DNA of 64,000 bases, from the NCBI GenBank assembly GCA_028023455.1, contig JAQFVV010000009.1, forward strand, positions 14,632,001 through 14,696,000. The letters run 5' to 3'. The notes under the pieces are model-generated. The model was not told the DNA's origin. It worked only from the letters and a program-made list of their open reading frames with translations, and did no database searches. The stretch comes from Epiperipatus broadwayi. Lineage: Eukaryota; Animalia; Onychophora. Shown in pieces: positions 42,751-56,389 of this stretch (positions within the stretch are counted from its first letter, which is position 1; every line of letters begins with the position of its first letter). The position numbers and the translations under genes are program-made.

Positions 42751-43176
42751 TTGAATACAAGTATAATTTATATACTTGGAATTTAGATGTAACCATAAGA
42801 GACTTGACAACAGACTTTCAAGCTCCTTTCAGCTATCTGCTCTATCTCACGCAATCAATACACATGACTACATACATGAGAAAAATATAAATAATTTCAA
42901 TATATGTATTTTGTGCTGAACCAGCACTCCTCAATTGGTCCAAATCATCATCTTTCACACACACATAGATATATATAATCAGTACTCAGTTTATATTAAG
43001 ATAACAAATCTTCAAACTTTAATGAATAGGCTTCAATTTATTCTATCCTCCACCTCTTATGCCATCCATACCATTGAAAATCTGAAGATGGAATGCCCAA
43101 ATTTCTTGTTGATGCTAATATAATTGTCATGTGGATAGCTGAAGGAAGCTTGAAAGTCTATGTTCAAGACACTTAG
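42751..43176 (-). mobile_element. HHR fold-back family 1, copy C (tail on left)
   Basis: Reverse-complement tail TTGAATACAAGTATAAT at 42751. The arm matches copies A, B and D. HHR relic at 42893-42946 (-). Short right arm at ~43130-43176. No clear TSD. Confidence 0.8.
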
Positions 43177-43429
43177 GGTTACATCTTTATATTATAGAAT
43201 AATCAAAGAGATATGACTTAAATAGAAACTTATGTAAAAGAACTAGTGCTAATAAATTTTAGCTAAGAAAATGATGTTATATATATTAAAATCAGAATTA
43301 AAAAACTTTGATTATATTAAATTTTATTTTAAATTAAGAAAATTGATATTGAAATATTTGAAATAATTTAAACTATCTATGGTAGTAAAACCATGAATTG
43401 TTATTATATTTTAAGTGGTTTACAAGATT

Positions 43430-44200
43430 TTGTGTAGATCAAAAAGAGCATTACAATCCATGGGAAGACATATCAAAATACAGTGGAAACAAAGTAAACA
43501 TGCAAAGAGTTGTCAAAATTCTTCAAAATTATCACTGTCTATTAAATTCCCAAAACCACTAAAAGATTTGAAAATGTGAGCAGTTTGCATATGCTTTGTG
43601 CCTCACTTGTTGACAATTTCCCAAAAAGGTGCCAAAATAGAATATGCAAAGAAATGAACCTATAGATCCAGAATTTCAAGATGACTTATTAACCAAATGC
43701 CAGAGTGTGTAATAAAGATCACCAGAAAAAAAGGACCAAATTGTATAAGCAAATCAAAACATTGCTCACTGTTTTTCCCCTCCATTATTTGATATTTTGA
43801 ATCATTGGTGAATCATAATTTTATGCAAGCAACATGAATACAGTGAACAAGATTCTTGATCAATGTGTGTAGATATCATGCCAGTCTGCAATATCATTTG
43901 TACATATTTTTTTAACCCAAAAAGCATTGGTTTGTTTGAATATTTATCCTATTCTGATTTATCTCCAACTGATGTCTGATTACTTCCAAAATTAAAGTTG
44001 ATTATAAAAGAAGTTATCTACAAAGATATGAAATGCATTGTCACATTTCATGTCATAATTTATGATCCAGATACACTAGTACCTTAAATTTTTTTGTGAT
44101 GAATAGCTGAACTATATTGCAGAGATGGTGCTGCAGACAGACTGGAAAGAGAACAAGTCTTTCTGTCAGTAAAATGCATTGTGTAAATAATAAGAAAATG
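43430..44200 (+). mobile_element. mariner transposase relic
   Basis: FVPHLLT near 43595, and EYLSYSDLSPTDV*LLPKLK at 43938, which matches the mariner HPPYSPDLAP.DF.LFPKLK motif. Confidence 0.7.
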
Positions 44201-44748
44201 AAAATATTCAAAATTCTAATTAAAGTATTTAGTATATTATTACAATAAGAAAAACAAAAAATAAAGACCTTTCATGTAAATACAATAACTGATCATTATA
44301 AAGTAAGTACACCCAATATTTTTTAACAACATAAAAAACGGATTTACCAGTTTTATTATTGTTTATAAATAACTATACTATAGCGCAGGTATTTAAAAAC
44401 TATTTTTATCCAAATAGTTTGGTTTAAAATTTCTGGACCATAACAAATTTATTTAAAAAGACTAGCAAAATGCATGTCATTGAGCCTGTTTTCTATCTTA
44501 TTATTTAAAAAAAGCAATTTTCTAGCCTTAGAATTTTTATGACTTAATTCATGAACGACTTAGGATTTAGATTGCATAAATACTATTAGTTAAAGGGGAT
44601 ATAAAATTAGAATATCAAAAAGTACTTATATTTAAATAATAATAACTATTAAAATCAATAACTATTGCTATAGTAATGAAATATAAATATAGTGTCGTTT
44701 GTATATTTAAATATTCACATAAAAGCAGAATTTATTTATGCAGAAATA

Positions 44749-45744
44749 ATTAAAAGCGGATTTGAACACAGACTTTCAAGCTCTCTTCATTCATCAGTTC
44801 TACCTTATACAACCGACACACATAACCACAAACATGTGAAAAAGATAAATGAATTATACTATACATATTTCATGCTGAACCAATACTCATCAGTTGATCC
44901 AGACCATCATCACCCCCTCCATATATATAAATAATCAGTGTGCAGTTTATATTAGCAAATCTTCATACTATAATGGATAGACTTCAATCTACTTCACCCT
45001 CTCACTTCTCAGCCATCCATATTATTGAAAATCTGATGTCGGTATGTTCAAAGCCCTTGTTGATAACAATATTGTTGTCATTCTCATGTTGACCTTAAGT
45101 CATTTCTGATCCCTCATATGTAGGACTTTAAGTCCATTTAAACTTACAGAAGAGGGATGGACACTTTAATAGATAGGTTTAAATCTATTCCACTCTCCAA
45201 CTTCTCAGCCATCCATTGAGTCCATTTAAATACACAGAAGAGGGATGGGCACTTTAATAGAGAAGCTTAATTGAAGTTTGTCTATTAAAGTGTCCATCCC
45301 TTTTCTGTGTATTTAAATGGACTTAAGGTTGTTTATATGAGGAGTCAGAATGACTTAAAGTTAACATGGCTGTGACAACAATATCAGCATCAAGAAGAGC
45401 TTTGAACATCCCAACATTAGATTTTCAATGATATGAATGGCTGAGAAGTTGGAGGGTGAAGTAGATTGAAGACATCCCATTAAAGTATGAGGATTTTTTA
45501 TTTTAATATAAACTTGCACACTGATTATATATGTGTGTGGAAAATGATGATCCAAACCAACTCATGAGTGCTGGTACAGCATGAAATACATATATTGTAG
45601 ATCATTTATCTTTTTCACATATATGTTGTCAGGAGTGTCAGTTGTACAAGGTAAAATGGATGACTAAAGGGAGTTTAAAAGTCAGTGTTCAAACCTCTTT
45701 AATTATATCAAGCTTTAGTATATACATTATACTTTATTCAAATA
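44749..45744 (+). mobile_element. HHR fold-back family 1, copy D (longest, ~1 kb)
   Basis: Inverted arms of ~450 bp and a 45-bp tail. TSD TTATGCAGAAATA at 44736-44748 and 45745-45757. HHR relics at 44851-44905 (-) and 45549-45603 (+). Internal duplication near the fold centre. Confidence 0.9.
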
Positions 45745-48013
45745 TTATGCAGAAATATTAAAATAAATGAAATAATTATTTTAAAAAAGAGTTTTCTTTG
45801 TAAAAGGCTAACTGAAACTTGAAGGAGCAGATTTACTATTTTTTCCTGGCAAATAATTATTATTTTCCAAAAAATCAATTGAAACTTGTTTTATTTTATA
45901 ATGTAAGATTTTGCAGTTTGTTTGTGAAAATTTGAAAAGTTTGTTTTGTGTAAAAGAAATTAGTGTATTAGCAAATCTTTTAAGTCTTGATTCATCTCAT
46001 AAAAAAGTTTTTCACAGATGTAGTTCATTAAGGTTCTATAAAATATAACTCATTTTTTTCAACTGATGTATTCACAAGAGCTGTAAGAATTCTCTCTGTC
46101 AAAGATTGCAACACAGTTATTCTCCAAATCTTTTTTAAATTTATTTTTTAACTTGTGACAACATTCACTACAACATACATATATAGAGAGAAACCTTTTT
46201 AAATTCAAAATGGATATTCATAAAGGTGTAACACAAAATTTAATCCATGTTATCAGAGTGTTTACCAATTTATCGACCAAAGAAAATAACTTTTCCATGA
46301 TTGTTGCGATTCTTCAGTGTTATCAGACAAAGTTGCATCAAAATACAGCATGCTGTTTAGACAGCTTTGCTTTTATTATATAAAATAAGTAAGTATTGGC
46401 AACTGCCATCAAAAATTATATGCTCCTATAAGCTTGTATTTTTGAAAAAATAATTTCTTTTACAAAATAATCCATTCTTTTTTTTTATAACGGACCAGCT
46501 TAAAAACATAGATACTTTTTTAATATTATATCTTAAAAAGTTATAATACTATGCACATTTACTAAGAAAAAAAATATAAACTATTACATAATATTGTGTC
46601 CATTAAGTGATTTATACTAAAAAAAACTGACTTTCTTATTCCAAAAAATAATTTTGCTAATAATTAAAAAAGATCACAATAATATAAATGCATTTTACAA
46701 ATTTGTTATCTACTAAAGGAGGGGGGGTAAGGGTTTTAAAATATATAGATTTTAAATGACATTTTCATTAAAGAAATTATTTAAAATTCTGTTCTCATTA
46801 TATATAATGCTACTCACCAGCAGTATGTTTATTTGTGCTTCTCTGCATATAAAAAAAATCAGCATATGTAAAAACTAATTTTTCAGAAAGTTGAGGAATT
46901 TTTTTGGTAAGATTGCCTAATATCATTGGAACAGGTAAATCAGGTAACTGTTGACATTCAACTGCTCTACTTAGACTTCAGGCCAACCATAAAATACTAT
47001 GTTGGCTATAGAGAACACAGAGAAGTTGGGTCTTCCTTATAGGTGAATCCAAACTCCAGCACAGTGACCTAGTACCAGTCACTGCCTTTTATCACATCTT
47101 CATGATAGTTTGGAGAAAAAAATTCAATAATTAAAAATGTTTTATCTTTTTAATCTTTTCAAATCACTTTAATTAAATTTAAATGTATTTTAAAAATTTC
47201 CATAAGAATTAATGAAAATATGTGGTCTTTATGTATATAAAAAACAAAAAAAGTTACTTTAAAAATGTATCTTTTTATATATTAAAATAAAGATCTGTAT
47301 AATTAAATCTTCATTTTTAAAAATAAAAATAAAATTTGCTTTATGTGCATAGCTAAAATCTTATAATATGAATTAGTATATTCAATAAATGGTGCTGCTG
47401 ATAAAATGCGAAGACTAAAAATAATGCTTATAGGTCTTAAGAGTTTGCTGTTATATAGATTTAAAGTTTTATTTTAAATTATTTTACAAAAAGTACTTTT
47501 TGAAATTATTATATATGTGTAAATAAAGAAAGAAAGAGAATATAAATGAGTAAGGAAAGAAAGTAAAGACCATAGCTAGTCTTCAAGTTGTTAGTGTGAT
47601 TATTTTTATTTAGAGAGCAAATAATGAAAAATGTCCTGAAAAAGTCTCTCCAATAAGCAATTTATCAACCTGTCTATTAGAATTATTTTTCCTTTCATTA
47701 TTCCCCTTAGACTACTTAAGTCTGTTTTAAATTTTATTTATTCTTAATATAATTATATACCGTATTTTCCTAATATTATATACAATTTTTGGATTAATTA
47801 ATCAAACATTGTTACTAAACTAGTCAAAATTGAAATTTATACACATATATACTAATTAATATTTCAACTAGGGATTGTCTTTCATCAGAAACAAGAACTA
47901 AATGATAAAAAATATCTAACACAAAAATTTATTTATAAATCTGTGGACATAAATTTTTTTTTGTGAGTTTTATATTAAATACCTATAATGTTTATATTTA
48001 AATAAACAGAGCA

Positions 48014-48085
48014 AAACTCTCCATACAGTATTGCCACCTGTGCTAAACAGAGTAATTAATGGATGCCAGAAGGCTTGTATAGAAA
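48014..48085. repeat. diverged fragment of HHR family 2 repeat
   Basis: AAACTCTCCATACAGTA...TAATGGATGCCAGAAGG matches 62828-62888. No HHR core retained. Confidence 0.65.
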
Positions 48086-49746
48086 ATGTGATCATGTAAT
48101 GTTTATATTTATGAACTCAGGTATTGTCATTTTAAAAGTCATTTTCTTTTGAATGGTGCTCAACTGCATATAATGCTATTAATATTGTAGATTTTTTATT
48201 TCAACATTATTTCTGACCTTCATCTTTTTTGCTTTCTTTGTCTTCTAAAAGTTATTTGAGGAATTCAGAAATTTGTGTATAAGATATGAAATCTTTATTA
48301 TAAGGGTCACTTATTAATTGAAAAACTTTTTTGCTAATTTCTCTAACTTTACAAAAAGTTTGATATTAATTTGTTGCTTACTTTTGCAATCTGACACTTT
48401 CTGGCAATGTAAAAGTGTATCTTTATCTGAAACCTGACCAATTTGTGATGAGTGAAGTAATCAAACTGCATTTTGTACTCATTATATTTTATTCAGTATC
48501 ATTTTGTTTAAATTTCTTCTATTTTTAATTTATGATTTTCAGATTCAGCTTCAGTTTTGGCATTAGATTTTATATACATACATACTCTATATCTTATACT
48601 TCAAAATCTTTATAATTAACATATAATTTTGTATGTTTCAAACAACTGGATGTAGAAGCTGGAAAAATGACTTTAATGGCTCCTAGATTAAATTTCAGTC
48701 AAACAAACAACTTAATTCTGCGAAGTCTTACTATACATTTTTTTCAAATTTCACAAACTACTGTATTTATTGATGTATGCCATATAAACTATTATATATG
48801 TATTTATTCACAATAATTGTTTCTGATTAAATACCTAAATGATTAATAATGATTTTTTATTATGATTTAATCTTCATCCATTGAAAACAATGCATTTTAT
48901 ATATTTCTTAACATAGATTTTAATAAATTGCAGTTATGTCAATGATAAACTTCACTTTTTTAATCTAATATTCATCTATTTTTACTCTCAGAATCATGAT
49001 TTTATATTTGTAAAATTTCACAATTAATATATATATATTTGTTTGTATCTTAATCATACAAATATAAACACTGAGAAAACTATATTAATGACTTTCATAA
49101 TGTATTTTAGTTAATCAGAGTCCTATGAGCTAACTTAGGCCATGCAGTCTCCCAAATGCTTTTTTAAGAGTTGGGGTCAGAATTAACAATCTGAAAGCAA
49201 ATTCTAATACTTTCTGTTAGTGATGAAACAATGGATTTAATAACATTCTTTTGTATTCTTATAAGTAATTGTACACAGTTTTTGATTGGCTAAAACTTTG
49301 TGATAATTGAATTTTACTTGTACTTATAAAATGAACTATTTCAATCATCGTGCAACATTTACCTATAATTATATATACATTTTTGTTTATATTAAATGTG
49401 TATATAAAATTAATAAAGAAATATTTTCATGTAATATTTACCCTGAGTGTAGATTGGATTAAAAAACAAACTTTTTGAAGCTTATACAAATGTTTAATAA
49501 AAAATTTATATAAGTGGTAAACTAAAAAACAGATAAATAATAGATTAAAGGTCCGAAGATGAAAGAGAGGAAAATTGGACTTTTAAAATGTGGTCATTAA
49601 TCTCTTTAAAATGCACATCCTGATTAATCAAAACAATATTAAAATTTTTTTTTTTTTTATTAAATTTAATGTTTGTACTTTTAAGCTCTCAAACAGCTGC
49701 TAAGTAAAGCATATACATTCCTATGTGAAATTGATGTTTTAGTTTG

Positions 49747-49857
49747 TTTTTTTTTCATATGTCATAGCATCTGCCGGGACGCGAACCCACACCCGTCTGC
49801 AACCAACTACTTGCTTGCATGGCGGCTGCGATACCTCTCGGCTAACAACGCAAGATA
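49747..49857 (-). mobile_element. CpG-rich tRNA-derived SINE copy, likely young
   Basis: Minus strand has A box TAGCCGAGAGG, B box GGTTCGCGTCC, trailer ATGACATATG and an A tail, like 20033 and 58644. About 10 CpGs retained. Confidence 0.78.
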
Positions 49858-50768
49858 CTAATGTTTGCTAGAAGGGCCTCATTTTCATTGACACACAGAA
49901 TTGCCTTTTTTTTTAATGATGATTTTTTTTATTTCTATCTTTAAGTTTTTTTTTAATCTAACAGTCCACTCTAGAAATTTGAGTCTTAAACGTAAAAAAT
50001 TATAGCAGGAAATCCTGTATCCATTTAAAAAAAAGTTATTTTTATTAAAATAATTACATTATTGCATATATATATGATCCTCATTAGAAATAAGAAATAA
50101 TGGTTATCTTAACTACAGAAGAAATATAAAAAATAAAGTTGGAAAAACGAAGAATAAAAAATTGAAGATGAGTTTTGAAATTATTATATAAAGCAAATCC
50201 TTAATTGAAAAATACGTCATTAGTGTTGTATGTGCCCATCATCCTCCTGAAAGTAATTTTAATAATTATTGTGAATTATTGCATTTTTTGCTTTAATAAT
50301 TTTAATACTGATCATCACATAATGAAAATTTGTAACAGAAATGATGTTAGTGTATCCATTTGACATATCCATGATCTGGGATTCAAAACTGAATGAAACT
50401 TTGATTTTTTTTTTTTAGACAGTCAAAGCTCTTCTAAGAAACATAATATTTATGGTAACGGACACGTAATCAATCAAGCTAATTATTTCAATATTACCAG
50501 TAAATAGACCTAGCAATCTAGGTTGTACAATATATATATATAAATAAAATTTTACATCATTATCCCAGATTAGCTTTAGGCACTATTTCGCTTATTATTT
50601 CTAAATAATACATGGGCAATTTAAAAGTATTGCAGTTTGTAATGTTATAATCGACTATTTATTAGTCTGCATTACAGTGACATGTTTATTTCATGTTTAA
50701 AGAGGTTTATTTAAACTTCATTGTATCAATATTTCATATTCTGTAGTCAAGTTGCAATTTTTAAGTGT

Positions 50769-50770
<2 letters not shown>

Positions 50771-50834
<64 letters not shown>
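50771..50834. repeat. (AT)n microsatellite
   Basis: Directly visible. Confidence 0.98.
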
Positions 50835-50839
<5 letters not shown>

Positions 50840-51117
50840 GGACCATTAGTAAGAATGGAGGATTTCCATTCTTGCTATTAAAAGGTGTGAAGGTTGCCTT
50901 GACAGCAGTGAGAAATATTGATTACTATATTTTACTGTGAATGTTTAGGTAGTTACTGGTTGGTATCTAATTAAATAAAATATTGTATTATGATAAAATC
51001 TTCATTACTATTAAATAGATTATGAATATAAATCTTATGTTTTATTTTTAGTAGATGTATATTTAAAAAGTTCAACTTTTTTTAAAAATATATATTTTAA
51101 TCATTAAGCCTCTAAAA

Positions 51118-51284
51118 GGCTGCAGGAAGGAGTTTGTTATTAACTGAAAGGAGACCCTTTGATTCCTCTTGGAGGCCTTAAAGGAACCAAGTAGAGCAAA
51201 TTCCTAAGGTCCACTCTATATAATCATGTCATGGCAGCTGTTATAACTGTGATAGTTCATATAGCATGCAAACCTGAATGGACT
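51118..51284 (+). ncRNA. candidate HDV-like ribozyme relic at RTE 5' end
   Basis: P1 GGCTGC/GCAGCT, an 11-bp J1/2 helix, P2 GTCCA/TGGAC and P4 all lie in HDV order. The P3 and J4/2 register is ambiguous. Confidence 0.5.
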
Positions 51285-54200
51285 GCTCACCAACATGCAT
51301 TAGCTAGCATGGTGAGTTTATTGACTTTTTATCTATGAGTTTAAGATTAAGAACCACCATGGTCTTTTTTCTCAATTGCCTAATAAGACAGAATGAATGT
51401 ATGTGTAAGTGATAAATATTTTTCTAATAGATATATATAATCATGAGAGACAAAAATAAATCATGGCCCTTATTCCTAGGAGGCTGTAAATTCACCAACC
51501 AAGGCAGCAGTTGGTGGCCAAAGGCAGGGGGTACTAAGAATCCCCTGGTTGTGGACCCAGGCTGTCATTTAATGACAACTTTTTATTTAGGTACTTACAA
51601 TTGCAGGTAACTTTCAAGTGAAGGAAGATTGTAAGAATTAGAAGAAGAACCGTCTTATATTAAATGGGACCTTATTGGACTTTGTGAAGTTAGAAGAAAA
51701 GGTGAAGAGACAATTGATTTAAAAAGTGGATATGTACTCTACTATAAAGAGACAAATATTGGAAATTCAAGTGGAGTAGGATTCATTATAAATAAAAAGT
51801 GAGAGAACAACATTGTGGAGATTGATGGTGTACTGGACAGAGTGGCAAGATTAATTATACAACTTAATAGCAAATACCAAATGCAGATAATTCAGATTTA
51901 TGCCCCAACAAGTTTTCATAGTGATGAAGTAGTAGAAGATTTTTATATGGATGTACAAAAGGCTTTTGATCAGAGTAAACAACATTTTAAAATTGTTATG
52001 GGAGACTTTAATGCTAGAATTGGTAAACAAATAAAAGATGAAAGTGCTGTAAGTAATTTTGGTTATGGTAATAGAAATGAAAGAGAAAATAGACTTGTGG
52101 AGTTTACAGAAAATGAAAAACTCTATATTATGATTTTTTTTTTTTTCAGAAAAATGTTAAAAAGAAATGAACATGGAAGCATCCAAATGAAGGTACAGCA
52201 GAATTGGATTATATTTTGACTAACAGAAAATACATATTTTAAGATTGTAATGTTCTTAATAAATTTAACACAGGAAGTGATCATCGATTAGTAAGATTAA
52301 CATGTTAATGCAAAACTAGAGAGTCAAAAATTATTAAGAAAAACAATATTTACAGTTGATATTCCTAATCTTCAGAAACATTCTAATGAATTTAAATTAG
52401 AACTTACAAATCGGTTTCAAGTATTAGTAGATTTTGAACATGATCTAGATTTGAATGAAATTAATATGAAAATAACTGATACACTTTTAAAAACTGCAAC
52501 AAAGATAGCTGGTAAAAAAAAGCAGCAATTGACCAATAAAATTTCTGTTGAGACTAGAGAATTTATGAAAAAAAGGAATATGAAGATATACAAAAATGAT
52601 GATTAAAAAGGATTGAATATCTCAAATTTTGTAAAATGGTGAGGAAAAGAATTGAAAATAATATAAGATGGTATAACTGTAAAATAGCAAGAAAAGCTAT
52701 AGAAGAGAATAAAAGTCTCAAGAGTGTAAAACAATATTTTGGTATTGGTAGGAAATTTATATCTGCAATAAGAAAAAAAGATGGAATTATTACTAAAAAG
52801 AGAGATGACATCATGAAGTAATAAAAAACAAGTATCTCCCAATTCTTTAATATTTTCTGAATTGCCCAGAATTTTAAATGAAGAAGTGAGACATGCAATT
52901 AAATTTATGAAGAAAGGAAAGGCTCCAGGTAATGATGAAATTATAATTGATATATTAAAAGCAGGAGAAGAAATAGAATTTTTTTTACTAAAGTTATACA
53001 AAAAATGTCTAAATGATAAAGGTGTACTTGCAGTATTAGAACTATTAGCCTTTTATCAGTTTTATACAAAAATTTTACTAAGATAATTACAATGCATCTA
53101 CAGAGAACATTGGATTTCCACCAACCAGGAGAACAAGTTGGATTTAAAAGTGGTTTTAGTACAGTAGATCATATTCAGGTATTGAGAGAAACTATAGAAA
53201 AAACAAATGAATATGAGTTGCCATTATGCTTTGGATTTGTAAATTATGAAAAGGCATTTGATTCTATAAACATTTGTTCAGTGATTAAAGCATTGGATCA
53301 TCAAGGTATAGGTTCAGGATATTGTCATATTTTAAAGAATATTTATAAAAAATGAACAGCAACAACTAGATTACATAATGATACTAGGAAAGTCAACATT
53401 GAGAAGGGTGTAAGACAGAGTGACTCCATATCTCCAAAACTTTTTACAGCAGTGCTGCAAGAAGTATTATGTGGATTAAAATGAAAAGCTAAAGGAGTGA
53501 AAGTAAATGGAGATTATTTAAATCATTTAGGTTTTGCAGATGATATAGTTGTTGTTGTTTTTTTGAAAATAATGCTTTAGAGCTGCAGGAAATGTTGCAG
53601 GAGTTATCAGATGAAAGTAGGAACATAAGACTCTAAGATAAATGTTAAAAAAACTAAAGTAATGTTTAATGGATTTTTTCAAAATATGAAAATAAAGATT
53701 GATTATGATGAGTTAGAAGAAGTTAATATTACAAATACCTTGATCAGATTATTAATACAGATGAAAACATAATAGATGAAATTAATCATAGAATTAAACT
53801 TGGTTGGAATGCTTTTGGTAGAAATAACTTGATGCTAAAAGGAAATATGTCTATGTGTTTGAAATGAAAGGTTTTTAATAAAAGTGTTTTACCATTCTTA
53901 CTTATTGATATGACACTTGGACACTTAATAGAAGAACAATACAGAGGCTTCAGACCACTCAAAGAAGTATGGAAAGATGCATGTTGGGAGTAACAAAAAG
54001 AAATCAAAAATCCAATTTAAGGGTAAGAGAACAAGTAGGTGTTACTGACCTCATTGAAAAAATTAAAAGACTGAAGTGGAGTTGGGAAGGACATATTGCT
54101 AGAAGAGATGATAATAGATGGACAATTGAAATCTTAAATTGGCCCCCAAGAGATTGTAAAAGTCCCAGAAAGAGATCACAGATGAGATGGATGGATGAAA

Positions 54201-54324
54201 TAAAAAAGTGTGCAAAAGTGATTTGGAGAAGAGAAACTAAAGATTGGAGAAGATAGATTAAACTTGGAAAGACCTTTATCTGGCAGTGGATTGATAATGG
54301 TTGATGATGACAATGATGAAGATG
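51119..54324 (+). mobile_element. full-length RTE-clade LINE (APE + RT), inactivated
   Basis: TSD AAGCCTCTAAAAG at 51106-51118 and 54325-54337. APE motifs GTYNCR, QIYAPT, GDFNARIG. RT motifs KAPGND, QVGFKSG, YEKAFDSI, GFADDIV. (GAT)n tail. Many stops and frameshifts. Confidence 0.96.
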
Positions 54325-56389
54325 AAGCCTCTAAAAGAGAAAGTTGACTAATCTTAAGATTAAGTCTGCAATTAATGAAAGCTCTTAAAAATTATACTAT
54401 TAATAAATATTAAGAATATTACATGCCTTATCTATCTATACACATTCCTAATATATAATGAAACTTTTAAATTCAATCCATTTCTTAAATATATGTATAA
54501 AGACATATGTTAAAAACAAATGTTCACCAAGATGCATTTTGGCTAAACCTGTAACTACAAGTTTTTCCCGATCTTTGTTTTATGTATGTTTTCATCATTA
54601 TAACCTGCATCCATAGCATAATATATATTTTAATTTATAATATGTTTTCACTTAAATGCATTCATTTTGATGATACCATCTAGGATAAATCTTTTATTAT
54701 TTTCTAATCATTTTTATTATGCTACAAATTATTAATTAATTTTCACCAGATGTAAAACTTTATTCAGTTAAATTCCAATATGAATACATGTCTTTCATTT
54801 TTTCCTAATCAAGTATAATATTTATGATATGTAATAAAACTACATTCAACAGGTATCTTGATATATATGGATAAAGGTATATATTAAAGCAAATGGTCCC
54901 TAGAATGTTGATATCAGAGGAGTGCATTCAAGACAAATCGCATTTATCAATAAAAATCATAGATTCTTTGTTGAGGATAAATACTAAAATGTAATGATGA
55001 ATACACATGTGTACAAAAATTTGGGTCAACTAATGATAATTGATTCTCCAAAAATGTATTTTTGGATCATTTACTTTTAATATATGTCTTTATTCATATA
55101 CTTTAAGCAGTGTGATGATCTTAGAAGCTTTATTAAGTATTTCAAATATCATATATAATGAGGAAAAATGGCAGGTACATATTCATGCTGTAATTTAATA
55201 AGTGATATATTAATTTTTAATAGAGTAGGTAGAAAATTAAATAATAAATTATAGCCTAAAAATGATTAAAAAATAATTGTAAATATTTAACTTAGATGAT
55301 GAGTACACCCTTCTAAATTAAATTTTGTATCAAATATAAGTTAATAGCAGTAGTGTCTGTTTCAAACATCACTCAAATTAATTTCCATGTATAAGATATA
55401 TTATAATTCAACTGACAGATGGTATATTTTTTCACCCATTTATTTAATAACATCATTTTTAGATAAATATATTAATCATTATTACTAATAATTTTAGGTT
55501 ATTATAGTCCATATGTAAATTTGAACATTAATTGAAGGTTTTTATATTTTATATATATTAATGCAACTACATGGTATCATAATTTAACTCTAATTTCTTT
55601 TTTATTATGTCTTACATAGAGTTTAAAATTTCTACTTTGCTACATCATTTCCAATGTGTGAATGAAGACATCTGAAAAAAACAAAAACAAATGATATTCA
55701 AAATGCATTTCTAGCTGAATTACCATTTTTTAGTGAATTCAAGTCAAATCTTCTCACATGTTGATGTTGTCATTATTTAATAATATTGTCCTTAAATACT
55801 TGTATATTATTAATGATTATTACTAATAATTTCTTACATTACAGGATCTTAAATTATTATTATTCTATATATAAATTTTAAACATAATTAAAATTACTAT
55901 ATCTATTTCTAAATACAACTATAAAAATTAGCATATTAATTTAACCCTAATTTTTTTTATTGTTCATTCATTCTATAATATAGTTTGCAATTGTAAAATA
56001 TTTTTTTCTCGTGTAGAATCAGAATGTTTTGATTTGCAAAATTCAAAATAAAATTATGTTTTTGTGCGAAATCTAACAAATATTCTTCATGGAAAATGTA
56101 GTGATTTTGTATATTAAGGTTGGCAGCATTCACTTTCATATTCCTGCTTTTGTTTTTTCATAGTTAGATGTTTATATTTATTATAATATGCTAATTCTGT
56201 GCAAATACAAACCATCATCTTAGCATTAATCAGAAAGTTTATAAATTGCTATGGTAATTTAATTTGTTATATAAAAGGTATATTAAGTGATCCTATCTTT
56301 TAAATGTGCTGATATATGCTTAGCACATTATTTTTTATTTTCATAACATAAGAAATCAACTTTATTCTTAATAAAGAAGACCCATAAAC

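Noticed and set aside
14192-45744. Family 1 as a Kolobok/T2-type MITE (TTAA-AGGGG termini)
   Set aside because: The TTAA lies inside the shared sequence. True flanks are 13-15-bp variable TSDs, and a conserved tail lies beyond the inverted repeat on one side only.
45900-46450. Minus-strand hAT relic
   Set aside because: HGLNFVL and SDN hints are too short to support a call.
46980-47100. H/ACA snoRNA (two hairpins, AGAGAA, ACA)
   Set aside because: Hairpin sizes and spacing do not fit, and no pseudouridylation pockets are evident.
48180-48690. Minus-strand coding exon(s)
   Set aside because: Multiple stops in all frames and no recognisable domain.
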